Positions 1 through 13,468 of a stretch of DNA of 64,000 nt are shown one piece after another. This DNA comes from an uncultured delta proteobacterium (GTDB lineage Bacteria > Myxococcota_A > UBA9160 > SZUA-336). Every line of letters starts with the position of its first letter. Within the stretch, counting starts at the first letter, position 1. The notes beneath the pieces are model-generated. The model did no database searches and was not told the DNA's origin. It was given only the letters and a program-made list of their open reading frames with translations. The stretch spans positions 128,001-192,000 of the forward strand of contig CAVPHD010000003.1 in NCBI GenBank assembly GCA_963704165.1, given 5' to 3'. The position numbers were made by a program, and so were the translations under genes.

Positions 1-2
1 GC

Positions 3-3000
3 TCCGGGATCGTGACCAGCCCGAACGAGTTCAGCGGCAACGAGACCGTGATCGACTTCGACGGCCTGTCTACACCCACCGGCCTCTTTCTCACGACCGA
101 ACTCCAGGCCCAGTACGGCATCGTGTTCAGTCTCGATACCGACACTGGTCCGCGTATCTTCCTCGACGGTCCCGCCAGGCTCTTCGGGCCAGGCGGAGTG
201 AGAATTCTCACCAACTACACGACGGCCAACTGTTCACCCACCGGAAACACGGGCTGCGGCAACATCACACTCACCTTCGACAGTCCGATTAATCGGATCG
301 CCTTCGAGATCCGCAGCGGTAACCCCGCGGACGACCTGATTCTGACGGTCTCGAACAATGGCACGACCGTCGGCAGCAGCACCTATGACACAGACTCCAG
401 CTACCGCGTCTTCGGCGTGCAGAGCTCGCAAGTTTTCGATCAGGTGACGATCGACGTGACGAACGTCGCCTCGGGAGTGCTGTTCCTCGACAATCTCCGC
501 TTCGAGCTGGACCTGACCGACAGTGACGTGGATGGCCTGATCGACATAGCCGACAACTGCCCTGACGAGCCCAATCCCCTTCAGGAGGACAGCGACAGCG
601 ACGGCTTCGGAGACGCCTGCTACGGACCCGTGATCTATGACAACGGGCTCTCGTACCTGGGCTACGGCGACGGTCGCTGGGAGTCCTACCAGTCGACGGT
701 GTTGGCGGGATCGTTCTTCCCCGAAGTACCGCTCCGGGCCATCCTCGCCGACGACTTCATCCTGCCTTCGGGCCAGCAATGGGAGGTCGGGGGCGCGCGC
801 TGGATCGGCTCCGACGAGAATCGGGCCACGGGCGCACTCCTGCCACGGGTCGGCGAGACCCGGACCTTCCTCATCCACTTCTACCACCACGCGCCCGGCG
901 AGCAGCCGGGCGGGTATCCCTTCTCGGACGGCGACGCCTTCGCGACCCGAGCGGTCAGCGTGACGGGCGGCCAGGGGCACCCGGCCGGCGGGGCGCTTTC
1001 ACCTCTATACCAGGCGAACTTCGATACGCCGGTGACTCTGGAGGGTGGTGACCGCTACTGGGTGGCGATGATCGCGCTCGATGACTTCACCCAGAGATAC
1101 GGCTTCGATGGAACGTCGTACGGTCATTGGGCCAAGAGCGGCATACCGGGCGCCAATGCCAAGCAGGCCTCGACCGAGCTCGGGTCTTCGGAATGGTTCG
1201 ACCGCAACACGACCATGGCGTTCTCGCTGCTCGGCGCCGGCATGTCGGTGCCGCCGCCCAACCTGCCGCCGATCTGCGATGCGGGCGGACCGTACGCGCT
1301 CGTCTGCGGGAACGGGCCGCTGAGCCTGCAGATCGATGGATCGGCCTCGTCCGATCCCGAAGCGCAGGCGCTCTCCTACGCCTGGCAGGTGTCCTGTGAC
1401 GGCGCGTCCTCGCAGCTGGTCGATCCGACCAGCGCCACGCCGACTCTGACGATCGCGGAGCCGCTGTGTGAACAGGATAGCTGCAGCCTCGATTTGTCCG
1501 TGAGCGACGGCTCGCTCCAGGCCGGCTGCTCAGTTCAGGTGCCGGTGCGCGCGAAGGAGTCGGTGGAAGATCTGGTCTTCTCCCCGACGCTGGGACCGAT
1601 CCAGGTTTCCCCAAACACTGTTCAGACGGTGGTGGTCGAGCTTCAGAACGCCGGCACCTGCCCGAACAACGCGCGGTTCCCCGATCTGGACGCGCCGCCC
1701 GGACCTTCCCCGATCGTAAACATCGTCAGCATGGGTCCGGCTTCGACCGGGCCGGGAGCGACCTGTCCTGTCGGCTACGAGGTCGAGCTGTCCATCGATA
1801 CGAACGGTCTCCCAGACGGGTCGTACCAGCAGGTCCTGCGGCTCCGCGGTTCCGACGGCTCGTCCGTCGCGACGACGCTCACGATCGTGGTGGGAGCGCT
1901 GTCGCCGGATCTGACGCCGATCTCCTCGACCTCGTCGAGCGTGGTCGTGACCGGTGATCTCGGTGCGCCGCCTCTGGACGCCGGCGAGGGGGCCACGGTC
2001 CAGGTCAACGTCCGCAACATCGGTGCGGCGACGGCGGCTGCCTACGAGGTGAACTTCTTCGTCGATGGCCAGTACCGCGGAACGGTCGGCGGCGCAGCCG
2101 GGCTCGCTCCGGGTGGCTCGGCGCCGGCGCAGCTCGCCATCGCGGGCGGAACACTGGCCGCCGGAACCCACGTCATCAGCGTCGCGGTCGCCAGCTCCGG
2201 CGAGAGCAATGTCTCGAACAACGGAACCAGCGGCTTCTTGCAGGTTGGGGCACCCACGCCCGGCGAGGGCGCACTCATCGACGTGAGAGCCCATGCCTCG
2301 GGTTCGTGCGAGGCTGGCACCGTCCGGATCTCGGGCGATTCCAACTATCGATTCGTACCGAGCAACCTGACATTCCCGGTGAAGGGCGGCCCGGCCAGCG
2401 TTTCGATCTATCCCGTGGGGAGCGCGCTCCCGGTCGTGTCCGCCTTCCTGGAGCACACCGACACGACCGGACACTTCAGCGTCGAGCTGAACGCTCCGCC
2501 CGTCGGGGACTACGTCGCGGTCGTCAAGGTGACGGACCTGACCCTCGAGGGAGAAGACGAGGCGGACCTGAGGATCCTGCCGGCGGCGAGCTGTACGCCG
2601 CCACCTCCGCCCCCACCGTCCGGCACCACCCTCTCCCTGGGTATGAACTCCTGCGAGGCGAACGCCGCGGGCGCGGCGATCGATTTCGGCGACAGGATCT
2701 TCACGATCGACGGCGGGCAGTGTGCGGACCCTGGCCAGCTGAAGGGCCGAGACATCACGGTTCGCGGATCGGGTACGTTCAGTCCAGCTCCCCTCGGCCT
2801 TCGGGCGACCCTGCACACGCCGGGTGCCGCGGGCTTCAGTGCCCAGATCCTCGAGAGCGGTCTTCTGGGCACGCTGGCGATTCCGTTCGTAGGTCCGTTC
2901 ACTGGATCCGACGGCGCGGCCTGCGTACAACCACCGGCAGCAGACACGGTGTTTCGACTCGAGCCCTTCGACGGGGGCTCGCCCTACGACCTTCGCATCC

Positions 3001-6000
3001 AGCCGGCGACCCAGATCTTCCGCGGGTCCGCGACCCCCGGCGACGTGGTGCTCGAAGGCGAGGATCTCCATGCAGAGAGGGAATGCAATGTCGACTTCGG
3101 CGTCTTCGGTCGTGTGCGCTATGTGACGGGATCCGTCCCCTTCGACCATGGGCTGCCGATCTCGTGCGGGACGGTTCGGGCGCGCCTCTTCACTCCGACC
3201 GGTGGAGCCATCCTCGGGAACGAAGTTGTGTCCACGACGGATGCACAAGGAAACCTGGCGCTCACCGGGTTCGGCTACACGCTCGAGCGGGACGTGGAGT
3301 ACTCGGTCGAGGTCGCGGTCAGCGACGGCGTGATCACGCAGACCCTCCCCCGGATTCCCGCCGGGTGTTCCCAGAGCCAGGGCGTGGGACCGGGTGGCGC
3401 GCCGGCACCGGCGCCGACCGCCGCAGCCCAAGACCTGTTCGTCTTCGCCGAGGACGTGACCTTCCTCGGTGACGGGACCTGCAGCGTCGGTCTGATCGGG
3501 ACTCCAGAGCCCGGCGACGAGGTCGGCATTGCAGCGACCATCCATCTCGATGGCGCGGACACCCCGATCCAGAATCAGACGATCACGTTGAAGGAACACC
3601 TACCTGTGAACGGCGCGCTGGCGGAGAGCGTCGTCGCGTCGCCAACGGTGGACTTCCCGTCAGGGGCCCGAGAAGCGGACGTCTGCGTGAGCTGGACGCC
3701 GCAGACCCGCGGCTACCGGATCATCGAGGTCGCGATCGACTCGAACCACATCACGCAGAGTTCGATCTCGAACGACGCCGCCACTCGCGCCATCAGCATC
3801 GGGCGCAGCGTGTGCAAGCTCGAGCTGTCCGAGCGATCGCTGACCATCGCGCGCGGTGCGTCCTCGAGCATCCGGCTGAGGAATGCCCATGACGAAGGCA
3901 TCACGCCGGTCCTCGATCTGTCGGTCCAGCCGCTCTCCGCAGGCACGCTGCCGGAGGGCCTCACGGCAACGTTCAGCTCTCTGAAGCTGGTGGACGCCGA
4001 GACGGTGGAGCTCGTCTTCGGGTCGACCGCGCAGACCCCGCCGGGTCGCTACCCCGTGGCGCTGGTTGCCGACGGACTCGACTGCACGCCCGTGGCCACA
4101 TTCACAGTCGTAGTCCTGGGCCACAATCCAGAGCTCGCCTCGATCGCCGACCAGACACTCCAATGCGGCACGCGTTCGGTCGGTCTCTCGGCCAGCGATC
4201 CCGACGGCGACGCGGTGACCCTGAGCGCGAGCGGACTGCCGCCCTTCGCAAGCCTGGTCGATGTGGGAGACGGGACCGGAAGCGTCGAGATCACGGCCGG
4301 TGCCGGCGAGCAGGGGACCTACCCCGGCGCGACGATTACCGCGACGGACGATTTCGGCTTCTCCGACGGCAAGAGCTTCCAGATCAGCGTCACCGATCAC
4401 GCTCCTCTGGTCGCCTCGATCGCCGACGGTGCCCTCACCTGTCTGGGCGGCGCGATCCATGTGTCGGCCTCTGATCCGGATGGCGATGCGCTGCGGCTGA
4501 CGCTGAGCTCTCCGACCCCCGCGACGATCCTGCTAGACAACGCAGGATGGCTCGGGATCCATCGCGGTCGGAGAGGGCATCGCTGCGGGCAGCTATGCGC
4601 TCGAAGTCACGGCGACCGATCAGACCTGCGGTGCGACGTCCAGCGAGAGCTTCGTCCTCACCGTGGCGCCCAACCTGCCGCCGCAGACGACGCCCGTCGA
4701 CCCCCAAGAGATGGTTGCGGGGGAGACGCTCTCTTCGACCTGAGTTCGATCGACCCCGAGGCGGGCCCGGTGAGTTTCCACGCAAGTGGACTGCCGGCCT
4801 TCGCCGAGCTCGAGACGACAGTCGGCGTCGGCACGGCGCTCGTCCTGATGCCGGGCGCTGCCGACGTCGGTGCCCACGTGATCGAAATCGTGGCAATCGA
4901 TGCGTGTGGCGGGAGTTCGCTCACGCAGATCGATGTCAACGTGCTGCCAGAGAACCAGTTCCCGAGCGCGGATGCGGGACCCGATCAGAGCGTGAACGAG
5001 GGAACGCCCACAGTCCTCCTCGATGGAACGGGCAGTAGCGATCCCGACAGCGACGTGCTCGCCTTCAGGTGGACGCAGGTGGCCGGGCCCGCGGTGCTGC
5101 TTGCCAATCCGTCGAGCGCGCAGCCCGGCTTCAGTGCCCCGTTCGTGAGCAGCGACATCACGCTGACCTTCGAGCTCGTCGTCGATGACGGGGCCGTGTC
5201 CAGCGCTCCGGACACAGTCAACGTCACGATCGTCAACTCGAACAACCCACCCGTCGCGGATGCCGGCGACGCGAGCACGATCAAGGAGGGAGCGGTCGCG
5301 ACTCTCGATGCGAGCAGCAGCTACGATCCGGAGGGGCAAGAGCCTCTCGAGTTCAGCTGGACCCAGCTCGCGGGGCCCGTCGTCGCGCTCGATCCGAGCA
5401 ACTCGGTCGCAAGCCCCACCTTCGTCGCTCCGCTCGACGTCGGCGCCCAGCTGGTCTTCGAGGTCGTCGTGGGCGACGGGCAGGAGTGGAGTGATCCCGA
5501 TGACGTCACGGTGACCATCGTGGAGAACAGCGCGCCCGAGGCCAACGCCGGTCCGGATCAAACTCGCGACGAGTTCACCCTCGTCACGCTGGCCGGTGCC
5601 GGTAGCAGCGATCCCGACGGAGACGCCCTGAGCTTCGCCTGGACGCAGGTGGCGGGACCGCCCGTCTCCTTGAGCGACCCGAGCGCGTCCGCGCCGACCT
5701 TCGTCGCACCGCTGGTGGCGCCCGGCGGCGTGGACGTGGTTCTCGAGCTCGTGGTCACCGACGACGACCCGGTGCACCCCAAGGTCTCCCAACCCGACCT
5801 CGTCAGCGTGGCGGTCGTGAACACGAACGATCCGCCCCGCTGCGATCTCGGCCGGTCGGTCTGCCCCGACACCACCTTCAAGTCGAAGCAGAGCGTCGAT
5901 GCGTGCGTGATGTGGCCGCCGAATCACACCATGCTCCCGGTCAGCATCACCGGAGTCACCGACGAGGATCCAGGTTCGAGCGAGGTGACAGTGCGCATTA

Positions 6001-6266
6001 CCGGCGTCACCCAGGACGAGCCGATCAATGGCACGGGTGACGGCGACACGAGCCCGGATGCGGTCATCCAGGCCGGAGATCCGAGCGACGCGGTCCTGCT
6101 GCGTTCGGAGCGCTCGGGTGGAGGCGACGGCCGCGTCTACGTCGTGAGCTTCACGGCGGACGACGGCATGGAGAGCTGCAGCGGTTCGGTCACGGCGGGC
6201 GTGCCGCACAACCGCAAGGCCATCCCGATCGACGACGGTCAGCTCTACGACTCGACTCAGCCATAG
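3..6266 (+). CDS. Giant secreted multidomain surface protein (TSP3-like Ca-binding repeat, CARDB-like, Ig/PKD-like repeats, C-terminal WPPNH domain); 5'-truncated by the window edge
   Basis: Frame is open back to the window edge. DSDVDGLIDIADNCPDEPNPLQEDSDSDGFGDAC (TSP3-like); CARDB-like block VNVRNIG...ESNVSNN; repeated ADAGPDQ..LDG..S.DPD...W.Q.AGP PKD-like units; terminal MWPPNH...LRSERSGGGDGRVY. A compensated frameshift pair lies at about 4545 and 4730. Confidence 0.85.
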   Translation, partial: SGIVTSPNEFSGNETVIDFDGLSTPTGLFLTTELQAQYGIVFSLDTDTGPRIFLDGPARLFGPGGVRILTNYTTANCSPTGNTGCGNITLTFDSPINRIAFEIRSGNPADDLILTVSNNGTTVGSSTYDTDSSYRVFGVQSSQVFDQVTIDVTNVASGVLFLDNLRFELDLTDSDVDGLIDIADNCPDEPNPLQEDSDSDGFGDACYGPVIYDNGLSYLGYGDGRWESYQSTVLAGSFFPEVPLRAILADDFILPSGQQWEVGGARWIGSDENRATGALLPRVGETRTFLIHFYHHAPGEQPGGYPFSDGDAFATRAVSVTGGQGHPAGGALSPLYQANFDTPVTLEGGDRYWVAMIALDDFTQRYGFDGTSYGHWAKSGIPGANAKQASTELGSSEWFDRNTTMAFSLLGAGMSVPPPNLPPICDAGGPYALVCGNGPLSLQIDGSASSDPEAQALSYAWQVSCDGASSQLVDPTSATPTLTIAEPLCEQDSCSLDLSVSDGSLQAGCSVQVPVRAKESVEDLVFSPTLGPIQVSPNTVQTVVVELQNAGTCPNNARFPDLDAPPGPSPIVNIVSMGPASTGPGATCPVGYEVELSIDTNGLPDGSYQQVLRLRGSDGSSVATTLTIVVGALSPDLTPISSTSSSVVVTGDLGAPPLDAGEGATVQVNVRNIGAATAAAYEVNFFVDGQYRGTVGGAAGLAPGGSAPAQLAIAGGTLAAGTHVISVAVASSGESNVSNNGTSGFLQVGAPTPGEGALIDVRAHASGSCEAGTVRISGDSNYRFVPSNLTFPVKGGPASVSIYPVGSALPVVSAFLEHTDTTGHFSVELNAPPVGDYVAVVKVTDLTLEGEDEADLRILPAASCTPPPPPPPSGTTLSLGMNSCEANAAGAAIDFGDRIFTIDGGQCADPGQLKGRDITVRGSGTFSPAPLGLRATLHTPGAAGFSAQILESGLLGTLAIPFVGPFTGSDGAACVQPPAADTVFRLEPFDGGSPYDLRIQPATQIFRGSATPGDVVLEGEDLHAERECNVDFGVFGRVRYVTGSVPFDHGLPISCGTVRARLFTPTGGAILGNEVVSTTDAQGNLALTGFGYTLERDVEYSVEVAVSDGVITQTLPRIPAGCSQSQGVGPGGAPAPAPTAAAQDLFVFAEDVTFLGDGTCSVGLIGTPEPGDEVGIAATIHLDGADTPIQNQTITLKEHLPVNGALAESVVASPTVDFPSGAREADVCVSWTPQTRGYRIIEVAIDSNHITQSSISNDAATRAISIGRSVCKLELSERSLTIARGASSSIRLRNAHDEGITPVLDLSVQPLSAGTLPEGLTATFSSLKLVDAETVELVFGSTAQTPPGRYPVALVADGLDCTPVATFTVVVLGHNPELASIADQTLQCGTRSVGLSASDPDGDAVTLSASGLPPFASLVDVGDGTGSVEITAGAGEQGTYPGATITATDDFGFSDGKSFQISVTDHAPLVASIADGALTCLGGAIHVSASDPDGDALRLTLSSPTPATILLDNAGWLGIHRGRRGHRCGQLCARSHGDRSDLRCDVQRELRPHRGAQPAAADDARRPPRDGCGGDALFDLSSIDPEAGPVSFHASGLPAFAELETTVGVGTALVLMPGAADVGAHVIEIVAIDACGGSSLTQIDVNVLPENQFPSADAGPDQSVNEGTPTVLLDGTGSSDPDSDVLAFRWTQVAGPAVLLANPSSAQPGFSAPFVSSDITLTFELVVDDGAVSSAPDTVNVTIVNSNNPPVADAGDASTIKEGAVATLDASSSYDPEGQEPLEFSWTQLAGPVVALDPSNSVASPTFVAPLDVGAQLVFEVVVGDGQEWSDPDDVTVTIVENSAPEANAGPDQTRDEFTLVTLAGAGSSDPDGDALSFAWTQVAGPPVSLSDPSASAPTFVAPLVAPGGVDVVLELVVTDDDPVHPKVSQPDLVSVAVVNTNDPPRCDLGRSVCPDTTFKSKQSVDACVMWPPNHTMLPVSITGVTDEDPGSSEVTVRITGVTQDEPINGTGDGDTSPDAVIQAGDPSDAVLLRSERSGGGDGRVYVVSFTADDGMESCSGSVTAGVPHNRKAIPIDDGQLYDSTQP

Positions 6267-6309
6267 AGCCGGAAATACCAGCGCGATTCCACCCCCGGAG
6301 TTCCGGCTC
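6266..6309. terminator. Possible hairpin between convergent genes
   Basis: GAGCCGGAA (6266-6274) and TTCCGGCTC (6301-6309) form a perfect 9-bp inverted repeat right at the stop codon; long loop and no U-tract, so weak. Confidence 0.25.
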
Positions 6310-6568
6310 GCGGCGGTCTGTATTGGCTCGAGCCACGGGAGCCGGCGCTCGTGCGGCGGAGCTGGTAGGGGCGAATCTGCAGCGGAGACGAACGGCTCGG
6401 TATCGCGACCGCCACAGGGGTGTGAGGAGTTCCACGATGGGTGCGCTGTGCGACGCGCGGCCGTGTCGTTCGAGCTGAACCGGCTCCGCTTCCGCGGAGC
6501 ACGCACTTCGGTGTGGGCGCGTCACAGCGACGACGTGGAGAGTTCGGGCTCGAGGGGGTCGCGGCGGG

Positions 6569-10071
<3,503 letters not shown>

Positions 10072-10138
10072 GGCGGGACTCCGACACAACTATCCGATCC
10101 GGCGTGGGTTTCTGTCAACCACCCGACACGCGCGCGAA

Positions 10139-11203
10139 ATGCTCGGGGCGGTTAGACTCGCGCGCATCGCTCAAACGCTGTCGCCGAATGTGGATCTCTC
10201 GCACGCGGAACGCCCCGCGGACGCCGGCGTCGTGGCTCGCCCGCCCGCATTCTCGGAGCTCGTGGCGGAGCTCCGCGCGCTCGGCTGCTTCCGGCCGGCG
10301 CCGTTCGGGCCGCTCGTCGACGCCGCACTGACGTTCGTCTCGGCGGTGGCGCTCTTCGTGCTCGCGTCGCAGGCGCCGCTCTGGGCCGCGGTCCCGCTCT
10401 TCGCGCTGGCGTCTCTGCTCCACGCGCGGATCGGGTGGGCGATGCACGACGCGGCGCACGGCAACCTCTTCGAGCGGAAGTGGACCGACGAGATCCTGAC
10501 GTGGGTCTTCTGCTTCCTCTTGGGCGAGTTCCCTTCCGGCTGGCGGCACGGGCACGACGCGCACCATCGCGCGACGAACATCCGCAGCGTCGACCGCGAC
10601 AAGCGCGAGCGCTGGGAGCCCGGCCGGCGCTACCGCTCGCGTGTGTGGGCCGCGATCGACGTGCTCGTCTTGGTGCGACGCTACGGCCTGACGCTGCCCC
10701 GGCTGCTCGCGTTCCTGGGCATACGCGACGGCGTGTACGCGGCGCGCACCCGGCCCGATCGATTCCCCGCCGAGCTCGTCGCTGCGGTCGCGGGCACCAT
10801 CGGGATCCTGGCCTTCTTCGTGTACCTGTACGGTGGTTGGGGGATCGCGCTCTACGTTCCCTACAGCTGGATCGCGGGCGTCTATCTGAATTTGATCTTC
10901 GCCGGAAACCACTACGACCGGCCGGCCTGGGACGAGCCACCGGCGCTCGATTTCGCGGCGCGGCAGATCCTGACGACGACCAACTACTCCGGCGGTGCCT
11001 TGGTGCGCGCACTCTGCGGCGGCCTCGAGAGCCACATCGAGCACCACCTGTTCCCGAAAATGCCGCGAAGCCACCTGCGTCGCGCTTCGCCCGCGGTGCG
11101 GCGGTACTGCGAGGCCCGCGGAATGACGTACGTGGAGCGCTCGTTCGGCGATGCGGTCCGCAGCGTCATCGACTACCACGTGGATCCAGCGGCACGCGCC
11201 TGA
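10139..11203 (+). CDS. Membrane fatty acid desaturase
   Basis: Three His boxes HDAAH, HGHDAHH and HIEHHLFP plus transmembrane segments. Start uncertain (ATG 10139 or GTG near 10190). Confidence 0.9.
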   Translation: MLGAVRLARIAQTLSPNVDLSHAERPADAGVVARPPAFSELVAELRALGCFRPAPFGPLVDAALTFVSAVALFVLASQAPLWAAVPLFALASLLHARIGWAMHDAAHGNLFERKWTDEILTWVFCFLLGEFPSGWRHGHDAHHRATNIRSVDRDKRERWEPGRRYRSRVWAAIDVLVLVRRYGLTLPRLLAFLGIRDGVYAARTRPDRFPAELVAAVAGTIGILAFFVYLYGGWGIALYVPYSWIAGVYLNLIFAGNHYDRPAWDEPPALDFAARQILTTTNYSGGALVRALCGGLESHIEHHLFPKMPRSHLRRASPAVRRYCEARGMTYVERSFGDAVRSVIDYHVDPAARA

Positions 11204-11229
11204 GCGCAGGCGAGCGCCCGCCCGGGCGC

Positions 11230-11257
11230 TCAACTTCCCGCGCCGGAACACCGACAG
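11230..11257 (+). promoter_or_regulatory. Putative sigma28-like promoter (TCAA-N16-ACCGACAG)
   Basis: Ends 7 nt upstream of ATG 11265; same geometry as the motifs at 34646, 45388 and 56622. Confidence 0.45.
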
Positions 11258-11264
11258 CCCGGAC

Positions 11265-11852
11265 ATGGCGCGGTACTCCGCGGCGTTGCTCATCGGCTTG
11301 TGGATCGCGTATTCGTTCTGGAGCTCGCGACCCGTCTCGCGGCCGCCGGGCGTGATCGCCCCGAACGCGCCGGTGCAGGAGAACCTCGCCGACGGGCCTC
11401 GCTGGGAGATCGCCGGCTACGACGTTCACGCGCTCGCGCGCTTCGAGATCGAGGCACGCGTGCTCTCGGCGGAGCGCTACCGATTCGACCGAGAGGCCGA
11501 TCTCGCGCCGCTCGATCTCGCACTCGGCTGGGGCCCGATGTCGGCCAACGCCGTGCTCGACACGCTCCAGATCTCGCAGGGCGGGCGATTCTTCCACTGG
11601 TCGAGCCGCGAGCCGATGATCGATCCGGGCGAGATCACCCGGCACAGCGCGAACATGCACTTGGTTCCGATCGACTCGGAGATCCGCGCGACGCTTCTCG
11701 ACGCGCGAAGTGGCCATCTCGTTCACCTGCAGGGCTGGCTGATCGAAGCGCACGCCCAGGACGGATGGAAGTGGCGAAGCTCCCTGACCCGCGGTGACAC
11801 GGGCCACGGCGCGTGCGAACTCGTACTCGTGGAGCGCGCGTCGCTCGAGTGA
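11265..11852 (+). CDS. Conserved hypothetical protein with N-terminal membrane anchor
   Basis: N-terminal TM YSAALLIGLWIAYSFW; conserved-looking motifs LAPLDLALGWGPMS, HSANMHLVP, WRSSLTRGDTGHGACE. Confidence 0.75.
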   Translation: MARYSAALLIGLWIAYSFWSSRPVSRPPGVIAPNAPVQENLADGPRWEIAGYDVHALARFEIEARVLSAERYRFDREADLAPLDLALGWGPMSANAVLDTLQISQGGRFFHWSSREPMIDPGEITRHSANMHLVPIDSEIRATLLDARSGHLVHLQGWLIEAHAQDGWKWRSSLTRGDTGHGACELVLVERASLE

Positions 11853-11880
11853 CCGGGGTCGGCCGCCCTTCGACGCCGCG

Positions 11881-13369
11881 TCATTCGCCACGCTGCGCCG
11901 CGCGCGCGATTCCGCGGAGCATGCCGCGGAAGACGAGCGCGTGCAGCGGGTAGATCCCGTACCAGTAGGCCAGCCCGCGGAGCCCGACCGGGTCGAAGAT
12001 CGCCGTCTGCCGGATACGGGCGCCGCCGCGCCTCGCGGCTCGACCTCGAACTGCGAGCCAGGCGCGCCCGGGCAGCTTCATCTCGGCGGCGAGCCGCAGG
12101 CAGCGGTCCGGCTCGATCGCCTCGACGCGCCAGAAGTCGAGCGTGTCGCCGACGCGAAGCCGCTCGGGGTCGCGGCGTCCGCGGCGCATGCCGACGCCGC
12201 CGACGAGCAGGTCGAGCAGCCGCGCAGACGCCAGAGCCAGGTCGTCCGCAGTACCAGCCGGTCTCGCCGCCGATGCGCCGGATCGGCGCGAACGCGCGCT
12301 CGGCGGACACCGCGACCGTGGACGCTGCGCGCATCGACGAGGCGGTTGCCGAAGCGCACGCCCGCCCGAAGGGCGGCGGCTCGCGCGCCGCCGACAGCGC
12401 GTCCGACCAGCGCGTCTCGGCGAACGCCGCGGTCCTCGTCGCGCAGCGCGCGCGGCGATCGCCTCGCGCACGCCGCTCGGGCGGATCGCGAAGTCTGCGA
12501 GCGCCGACTCGTCGCGGACCACGGTCGGGTGGCGGATGCTCTCGATCAGCTTGCGGCCGACTGCGCGCGTAGAGCGGCGTGACCAGGCCGAGCCAGAGGC
12601 TCGAGAGCCGCGGCGTCAGCACCGGCACCGGAATCATCCAGCGCGCGCAGCCCGCGCTGGCGCGCGTACTCGCGCATGAGTCCCGCGTAGGAGACACGGT
12701 CGGCGCCGCCGATCTCGAACACGCGGCTCTCCGCGCAGCGGGACGTCGAGCGCGGCCACGAGGTACGCGAGCACGTCCTCGATCGCGATCGGCTGCGCCG
12801 AGCACGTCGACCCAGCGCGGCGTGATCATCACCGGCAGGCGCTCGACGAGCGCGCGGATCATCTCGAACGAGAGGCTGCCCGAGCCGATCACGATCGAGG
12901 CGCGGAACTCGATCGCGGGCACGCCGGACCCGCGCAGGATGCGCCCGACCTCCTGCCGGCTGCGCAGGTGCGCGGAGAGATCGCTCGCGCGCGTCGCCGA
13001 GCCCGCCGAGGTAGACGATGCGCCGCACGCCCGCGGCGCGCGGCGGCGCTCGCGAAGTTCTCGCGCGGCGCAGCGATCGCGCTCCTCGAAGTCCGCGCGC
13101 GCGCCCATCGAGTGGACCAGGTAGTAGGCCGCGTCGACGCCGGCGAGCGCGCGGTCGAGCGAACGTCGGATCGAGACGTCCCCCGCGACGACCTCGGTCG
13201 TCGCCGCGACGCTCGCGCGCAGCGACTCGGGACGGCGCGCCAGGCAACGGACGATTCGGCCGTCGGTCTCGAGCCGGTGCAGCAGTCGACCGCCGACGTA
13301 CCCCGTCGCACCGGTCACGAGGATCAACCCACGCACCTCGCGAAGCGCCTGCTCGCGATCCGCTGCCAT
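11881..13369 (-). CDS. SDR/NAD(P)-binding oxidoreductase with C-terminal DUF2867 domain (YbjT-like); multiply frameshifted
   Basis: ILVTGATGYVGGRL Rossmann motif, AYYLVHSM, RASIVIGSGSLSFEMIRALVERLP; C-terminal GDTLDFWRVE...LRLAAEMKLPGRAWL and YWYGIYPLHALVFRGML occur in different frames (about 6-7 indels). Confidence 0.85.
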
Positions 13370-13468
13370 ACGCTCCGCTCCGCCATCTCTCCCGCGAGCA
13401 TGCCGAAACCGTGCGTGGCCGTCGCGCGGGTCGCGTGCGCCGGTCACCGATCCCGCTAGCTTGCGGAT

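Noticed and set aside
6420..6480. GAGGAG followed by a 13-codon ORF (MGALCDARPCRSS) in the convergent intergenic gap
   Set aside because: Too short, with no supporting features.
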